Source: Myxococcales bacterium
GTDB lineage: Bacteria; Myxococcota_A; Polyangia; Polyangiales; Polyangiaceae
Length of the DNA stretch: 64,000 bases
Assembly (NCBI GenBank): GCA_043747615.1
Contig: JAYTOU010000038.1
Location: forward strand, 61,992-125,991
Direction: 5' to 3'
A model generated the notes under the pieces. The model was not told where the DNA came from, made no database searches, and saw only the letters and a list, made by a program, of their open reading frames with translations. A program made the position numbers and the translations under genes. Shown in pieces: positions 58,933 through 64,000 of the stretch (the stretch's first letter is position 1; each line of letters starts with the position of its first letter).

Positions 58933-61820
58933 CGTTCCCGCTGTTCGGAAGCACGCTCCTTCTGTGCGTGATGGTAGTCGCCAGCTACACGTTCGGAGTC
59001 TCGGTCGTCGCCGGGGCCAACGGCAAGCCGCGCACGCTCCAGGCGGCGCGCTTTGGCGCCTACGGCACGGTTGCCCTCGTCGCCTCCTGCGTTCTCTGCC
59101 TGGCATACGCCTTCGTGAGTCACGACTTCCGCCTCCGGTACGTCGCGCACTACTCGGATCGCTCGATGCCCACCCACTTTCTTCTCACCTCGCTGTGGGG
59201 CGGGCAGGACGGCTCGCTCTTGTGGTGGCTGTTCCTTCTTTCGATCTACATCCTGGTGTGCGTCAAATGGCTTGGAAAGAAGCACCTCCAGCTCCAGCCG
59301 TACATCATCGCCACCTTGATGGCGGTCGTGCTCTTCTTCTGCGTGCTCATGGCGTTCGCCGCCAACCCGTTCTCGACGAGCGTCGCCGGTGCGCGGCCCG
59401 ACGGTGAAGGCCTCAATCCGCTTCTTCAGAATTTTTACATGATCATCCACCCGCCGAGCCTCTACACGGGCTTCGTGGGGTGCACGATTCCCTTCGCGTT
59501 TGCCGTCGCCGCCCTCGTGAGCGGGCGCCTCGACACCGAATGGATCGTCGCCAGCCGCAAGTTCATGCTCTTCGCTTGGATGTTCCTCGCCATCGGCAAC
59601 ACGCTCGGCATGCTGTGGGCCTACGAAGAGCTCGGATGGGGCGGCTACTGGGCCTGGGATCCCGTAGAGAATGCGGCGTTCCTGCCGTTCCTCACGGCGA
59701 GCGCCTACGTGCACTCGGTCATGATTCAAGAGCGGCGCGGGCTCCTCAAGGTCTGGACGATCACCCTGGTGTGCCTCACCTTCTTCATGACGATCTTCGG
59801 CACGTTCCTCACGCGCTCCGGGGCCATCGCCAGCGTCCACTCTTTCGCCCAGTCATCGATCGGGACGTACTTCGTTTATTTTTTGGCGATGCTCGCGGCC
59901 TTCGTTTTCACCTTGATTCTGTACCGCTGGCCCGAGCTCCGAAATCTCACGCCGTCGACCACGCTGCGCAAAGCGGCGATGATCACCGGGTGGGTGATGG
60001 TCCTTCTCATCGCCCCGGGCTGCGTCGCCATCAGCCACCTCCCCGTTGGCCAGGGCGCACGCGTTCTCATGATGGCGGTCCTCGCGGGCGGAGCCGTCTA
60101 CACGGGGCTCGAGCTCATCTTCCGACGGATGACGGCGGATCTCGGCCTCACCTCCGAACGCCCTGAAATCGAGTCGATCTGGTCGCGCGAGTTCACCTTC
60201 CTCCTGAACAACTGGGCGCTCCTCGGCTTCATGCTCTTCGTCCTCGTGGCGACCACCTTTCCGATGGTGAGCGACGCCTTGTGGGACGAAAAAGTCACCG
60301 TCGGCCCGCCCTACTACAACGCCTGGGTTCAGCCGATCGGGCTCACCATCTTCGCGCTCATGGGCTGCGGCTCTCTCTTCGGTTGGAAGAAGACGAGCGA
60401 AGATTCGCTGAAGCGTGTCTTCCGCATTCCGCTGCTCGCACTCGTCGCGGGCGCGGCCCTCCACGCGGCGTTCGGTAAGACCGTCGGCTTCCCTGCGGTC
60501 GTCTGGAGCGAGCCCATTTACGGCGGCGCGATGGGCCAGATCCTTCGAGCCTTCAACGCCTTCACGCCCGTCATCGGCGTGTCGCTCGCGTTCTTCAACG
60601 TCGCCGTCATCGTCCAGGAGTTCACCATGCTCTTCAGCGCGCGCCGGAAGAGCGGCGCGAGCAAGAGCACCCCGGCGATCCTCTGGTACCTCGGATTTTT
60701 GCCTGGATTCTTCTACACGATGGTCTCGCTTCCCCCGGTTTCGCGCCGTCGGTATGGGGGATACATCGTTCACTTTGCTATCGTGGTCATGTTCCTCGGC
60801 TTCACCGGAAAATCCTGGGGCGTCGATCGCGAGACCACCCTCAGCCCCGGGCAAACCTACCAAGTCGAGAGCTACACGCTCGAGTACGTCGGCCCGCGAA
60901 TGGAAGTCGACAACACCAAGCGCATGGTCTTCGCCGACATTCGCGTCACCCAGAATGGCGTGGTCCGCGGGCAGATGAGCCCCGCGAAATTCATCTACAA
61001 GAAGATGCCGGAGTCACCGACGACGGAGGTCGCCATGATGCACTCCGTGCGCGACGACCTTTACCTGGTGGTGGGGACGATCAATCCGCAGACCAAGGTG
61101 GCGTCGCTGCAGATCCACGTGAATCCGCTGGTGGGATGGATCTGGCTCGGCTGCATCATCCTCATCTGCGGAAGCGTGCTCTGCATGTGGCCGGAGCTAC
61201 AGCCGCAAGAGTCGCGTGCGTGGCAGTTCGCGCGGGGCACGGCGGCGGTGGGAGCGAGCCTCTTCATGGGGGTGCTCATCGCGGTCATGCCCACGATGGC
61301 TCACGCCCAAACGGGCGGGATGTCGAACATGCATTCGCACACGATCAAGATCGAGAGCCCGCTCGAAAAATCGATCTTCGGATCGCTTCGCTGCATGTGC
61401 GGCTGCCCGACCGATCTCCTCGACACCTGCTCGTGCGAGGACGCCGAAGAAGCGCGCGATCACATTCGCGAGAAGCTCAAGGCGGGCGAAACGAAGGACC
61501 AGATCATCCTCGAGTACAAGAACGAGAACGCGGCGCTCCACCCGGGCGTCTCGTCCGTCGCCATTCCTCCGAACACCGGCGCCATGCGGGCGATCTACGC
61601 CGTTCCGCTCGTGGCGATCGTCGCGGGGGGTGCGGGCGTGGTGGCTCTGATTCGGCGCTGGAAAAAGCCGACCGACCTCGACGCTCCACGCTCGGCTGCC
61701 TCTGCAAAAAAAGAAGCCAACGAAGGGCCTAGCGACGCGTCGGCGAAAGATCCGAAAGACCCGTACGACGCGCGGCTCGATGATGAGCTCCGCGATCTAG
61801 ACAACGACGAACCGCATTGA
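58923..61820 (+). CDS. ccmF: Cytochrome c biogenesis heme lyase CcmF fused to a CcmH-like domain
   Basis: WGGQDGSLL, GLNPLLQ, IHPP, WAYEELGWGGYWAWDPVENA, SVHSF, VGPPYY; C-terminal LRCMCGC...TCSC, IREKLKAGETKDQI and a TM helix. Confidence 0.92.
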   Translation: MWNTFPLFGSTLLLCVMVVASYTFGVSVVAGANGKPRTLQAARFGAYGTVALVASCVLCLAYAFVSHDFRLRYVAHYSDRSMPTHFLLTSLWGGQDGSLLWWLFLLSIYILVCVKWLGKKHLQLQPYIIATLMAVVLFFCVLMAFAANPFSTSVAGARPDGEGLNPLLQNFYMIIHPPSLYTGFVGCTIPFAFAVAALVSGRLDTEWIVASRKFMLFAWMFLAIGNTLGMLWAYEELGWGGYWAWDPVENAAFLPFLTASAYVHSVMIQERRGLLKVWTITLVCLTFFMTIFGTFLTRSGAIASVHSFAQSSIGTYFVYFLAMLAAFVFTLILYRWPELRNLTPSTTLRKAAMITGWVMVLLIAPGCVAISHLPVGQGARVLMMAVLAGGAVYTGLELIFRRMTADLGLTSERPEIESIWSREFTFLLNNWALLGFMLFVLVATTFPMVSDALWDEKVTVGPPYYNAWVQPIGLTIFALMGCGSLFGWKKTSEDSLKRVFRIPLLALVAGAALHAAFGKTVGFPAVVWSEPIYGGAMGQILRAFNAFTPVIGVSLAFFNVAVIVQEFTMLFSARRKSGASKSTPAILWYLGFLPGFFYTMVSLPPVSRRRYGGYIVHFAIVVMFLGFTGKSWGVDRETTLSPGQTYQVESYTLEYVGPRMEVDNTKRMVFADIRVTQNGVVRGQMSPAKFIYKKMPESPTTEVAMMHSVRDDLYLVVGTINPQTKVASLQIHVNPLVGWIWLGCIILICGSVLCMWPELQPQESRAWQFARGTAAVGASLFMGVLIAVMPTMAHAQTGGMSNMHSHTIKIESPLEKSIFGSLRCMCGCPTDLLDTCSCEDAEEARDHIREKLKAGETKDQIILEYKNENAALHPGVSSVAIPPNTGAMRAIYAVPLVAIVAGGAGVVALIRRWKKPTDLDAPRSAASAKKEANEGPSDASAKDPKDPYDARLDDELRDLDNDEPH

Positions 61821-61828
61821 ATCAGGTG

Positions 61829-62536
61829 ATGACCAGCGCTACCAAGAGCTCGGACAAAGACACCGAGCGCGAAGAATCCGAACGTTCGGAGCGCGCCTTG
61901 GGGCGAGCCGCGGCGATCGGTGTTCCCGTCGTCACCGTCCTCGGAGGCATCGTCACCGGCCTCGTATCCAGCGCCGGACCGGCCATCCTGGTCCTCGCCG
62001 GTGGGGTGCTCTTCGGTACGATCTGCCTCTTGTGGGCCAGCCTGCGCACGCTCGGGGGAGACGCACCGCTTCCCGAGGACCTCGAAGCCATCGCCGCGCG
62101 CATGCACTCCGTCAACGACGCCGAGAGCCGCAAAAAAGCGATCCTCCTGTCGCTGCAGGATCTCGAGAACGAACGGGCCATCGGCAAGGTCGACGAATCC
62201 GATTACGGCGAGCTGGCCGCGCGCTACCGCGACCAAGCAAAACGAATTCTCCGCGAGCTCGATGAGCAGGTCGAGCCCATGCGAGAGCGCGCCGAGCAGC
62301 TTGCGCAGGCTTACCTGAAGAAGCGGGGGCTTGCGAAAACCGTCGCCGCGAAAATAGACGCGCCGGAGGAAACGGAGCACGAGGCGAAAGAGAAGACCGA
62401 AGCTGAGACTGAGAACACGCGCCTCGATTGTCCGGTGTGCGCGGTGTCGAATGAGCGTGACGCGGCGTTCTGCAAGAAATGCGGCGCGGCGATGCGACCG
62501 ACCATGACGAGGGACGACTCCGATGCGTCCGAATAG
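61829..62536 (+). CDS. Membrane protein with a CcmI-N-like motif and C-terminal zinc ribbon
   Basis: Two TM helices, LQDLENERAIGKVDESDY, CPVC...FCKKCG; start could be 61817, 61826 or 61829. Confidence 0.7.
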   Translation: MTSATKSSDKDTEREESERSERALGRAAAIGVPVVTVLGGIVTGLVSSAGPAILVLAGGVLFGTICLLWASLRTLGGDAPLPEDLEAIAARMHSVNDAESRKKAILLSLQDLENERAIGKVDESDYGELAARYRDQAKRILRELDEQVEPMRERAEQLAQAYLKKRGLAKTVAAKIDAPEETEHEAKEKTEAETENTRLDCPVCAVSNERDAAFCKKCGAAMRPTMTRDDSDASE

Positions 62537-63740
62537 GATCGTCATCGTTTCGATCGCGCTCGCGCTTTGGCAGGGTCCAGCCTTCGCGCAGAAGAATCCC
62601 CACGGCGGCGGCCGCGAAGGGGGCGAGGAAGTCCCGAGTGGGCTCTTTCAAGCGCCTCCCGATGTCGAGGAAGAAGACGACAAGCTCCCGCGTGGAACGA
62701 TCGCCATCGAAATCCGCGACGCCGAAGATCACCCGATTTCGCACTCGCCGATCACGCTCGGAATCCTTCACAACACGGTAGCCAAAGGCGAGAGTCGCGA
62801 GCACAAAGCGACAGAGACGAACGAGCTCGGCCAGGCCCGCTTCGACGACCTCGCGGCGATCAGCGGTACGGCCTACCGGGTCACCGTGCCGAAAGACGGC
62901 GCCACCTACGGCGCTCCTCCGTTTCAGCTCTCGCCCGCCAAAGGCATGCGCGTCGTCCTTCACGTGTACCCGGTGGCGCACGACATCAAGGACGCGCTCG
63001 TCGTGGCCCAGGGCATCGTCTACGTGGAGCTGAAAGACGATCGCATCCAAATCCAGCAGGCCCTGACGATCTACAATTTCGGCAAAGTCACCTGGGTTCC
63101 GACCGACGTGATTCTTCCGCTAGGAGAAACATTCACAGCGCTCACCTCCAATCAGTCGATGAGCGACGAGGGCGTCGATCCCGTGGAAAAGAAAGGGGCG
63201 CGGTTGCACGGCACCTTTGGTCCCGGACGCCACGACGTCGAGTTTCGCTGGCAGCTTCCGTACGCTGGCGAGGCAAACGTCGACTTCGATATCGGCATGC
63301 CTCCGCACACGGCCGCGGCGCGGGTGATGGTCGGCGCCTCGCAACAGATGAAGCTTTCCGTCGATGGATTTCCGGACGCGAAGCCGAACGTCGACGCCCA
63401 GGGCAATCACATTCTCGAGACGCAGCGCGAGGTCAAGCGCGAGGAGGGTGAGCTCAGCTCGGTCCGAATCTCGCTCAAGGACATCCCGGTTGCTGGCCCG
63501 GCGCGGATCATCGCCACCGCCATCGCGGCCTTCGGGGTCTCCGTCGGGCTCTTCTACGGAGCGAGCTCCCGCAAGCGTACGGGGCGCTCCAGCGCATCGA
63601 GCAAATCGGAGCGGGCCCAGCTCCTTCGGGAGCTCGAGGAACTCGAGAACGGGCACGCAGCGGGCGACATCGGCCCCAAGACCTACGAGCGGGCGCGCCG
63701 TGAAATCATCGACGCCATCGCCGCCACCCTCGGCAAATGA
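62523..63740 (+). CDS. Exported beta-sandwich protein with C-terminal TM and CcmI-N-like tail
   Basis: Signal peptide, TETNELGQARF (carboxypeptidase-regulatory-like), TM helix, ELEELENGHAAGDIGPKTYERARREI. Confidence 0.68.
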   Translation: MRPNRIVIVSIALALWQGPAFAQKNPHGGGREGGEEVPSGLFQAPPDVEEEDDKLPRGTIAIEIRDAEDHPISHSPITLGILHNTVAKGESREHKATETNELGQARFDDLAAISGTAYRVTVPKDGATYGAPPFQLSPAKGMRVVLHVYPVAHDIKDALVVAQGIVYVELKDDRIQIQQALTIYNFGKVTWVPTDVILPLGETFTALTSNQSMSDEGVDPVEKKGARLHGTFGPGRHDVEFRWQLPYAGEANVDFDIGMPPHTAAARVMVGASQQMKLSVDGFPDAKPNVDAQGNHILETQREVKREEGELSSVRISLKDIPVAGPARIIATAIAAFGVSVGLFYGASSRKRTGRSSASSKSERAQLLRELEELENGHAAGDIGPKTYERARREIIDAIAATLGK

Positions 63741-63749
63741 ACCGCCGTC

Positions 63750-63975
63750 TGTGGGTAAGCTGACGAAAAGACTGGGGAGCGACCCAGGGACAACCCTCGG
63801 GAGAAGCAGATGTCGTACCTATACACAGGCGCGTACCCCGGTTCCCCACGACCGCATCCACATGGCGGAGGAGGTGTAACTGCTGGAACCAAAAGGCTTT
63901 TATGCCTTCTCCCCACTTCCCACAGGGCCTATCGACACCACTACTGATCTAATCTAATGAGAATATAAGAAGAGA
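63750..63975. other. oriC: Probable replication origin (oriC) unwinding region
   Basis: DnaA-box-like TGTGGGTAA (63750), CTATACACA (63819), GCATCCACA (63854); tandem TTCTCCCCA-CTTCCCACA (63907-63924), GGGCC, trio-like TATCGACACCACTAC, then an AT-rich tract. Confidence 0.7.
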
Positions 63976-63988
63976 GACCCGGACGAGC

Positions 63989-64000
63989 ATGGAACTCACG
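63989..64000 (+). CDS. Start of next gene (MELT...), probably the beta sliding clamp DnaN; truncated by the window edge
   Basis: ATG directly after the oriC-like motif; only four codons are visible, so the identity rests on context. Confidence 0.4.

Overview
GC-rich chromosomal segment, most consistent with Myxococcota/Polyangiales (MYXO-CTERM tail, many lipoproteins with 'DAG' linkers, DUF4388 and PilZ proteins); the taxon is inferred, not tested. It holds about 50 densely packed CDS and no tRNA, rRNA, CRISPR array or mobile element that I can see. The window appears to end at the replication origin: degenerate DnaA boxes and a box-box-GGGCC-trio unwinding motif at 63750-63975 precede a gene starting MELT (probably dnaN), and two strong parS sites lie 16-17 kb away. 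Main points: (1) a 12 kb alpha-glucan locus with four GH13 lipoproteins, a MYXO-CTERM-anchored GH15-like enzyme and a LamB-like porin, but no SusC/D; (2) nrtR with a predicted operator, followed by a full-length nicotinate phosphoribosyltransferase homologue that has lost its catalytic motifs; (3) a REC plus degenerate-GGDEF protein with an intact I-site coupled to a DUF4388 protein; (4) a CcmF-CcmH fusion with two non-canonical CcmI-like partners; (5) orphan SdhC-like and SctQ/FliM-like genes; (6) an arylamine N-acetyltransferase remnant, a frameshifted outer-membrane protein gene and a C12 tract inside a PilZ gene. All calls come from reading motifs by eye; no database searches were run.
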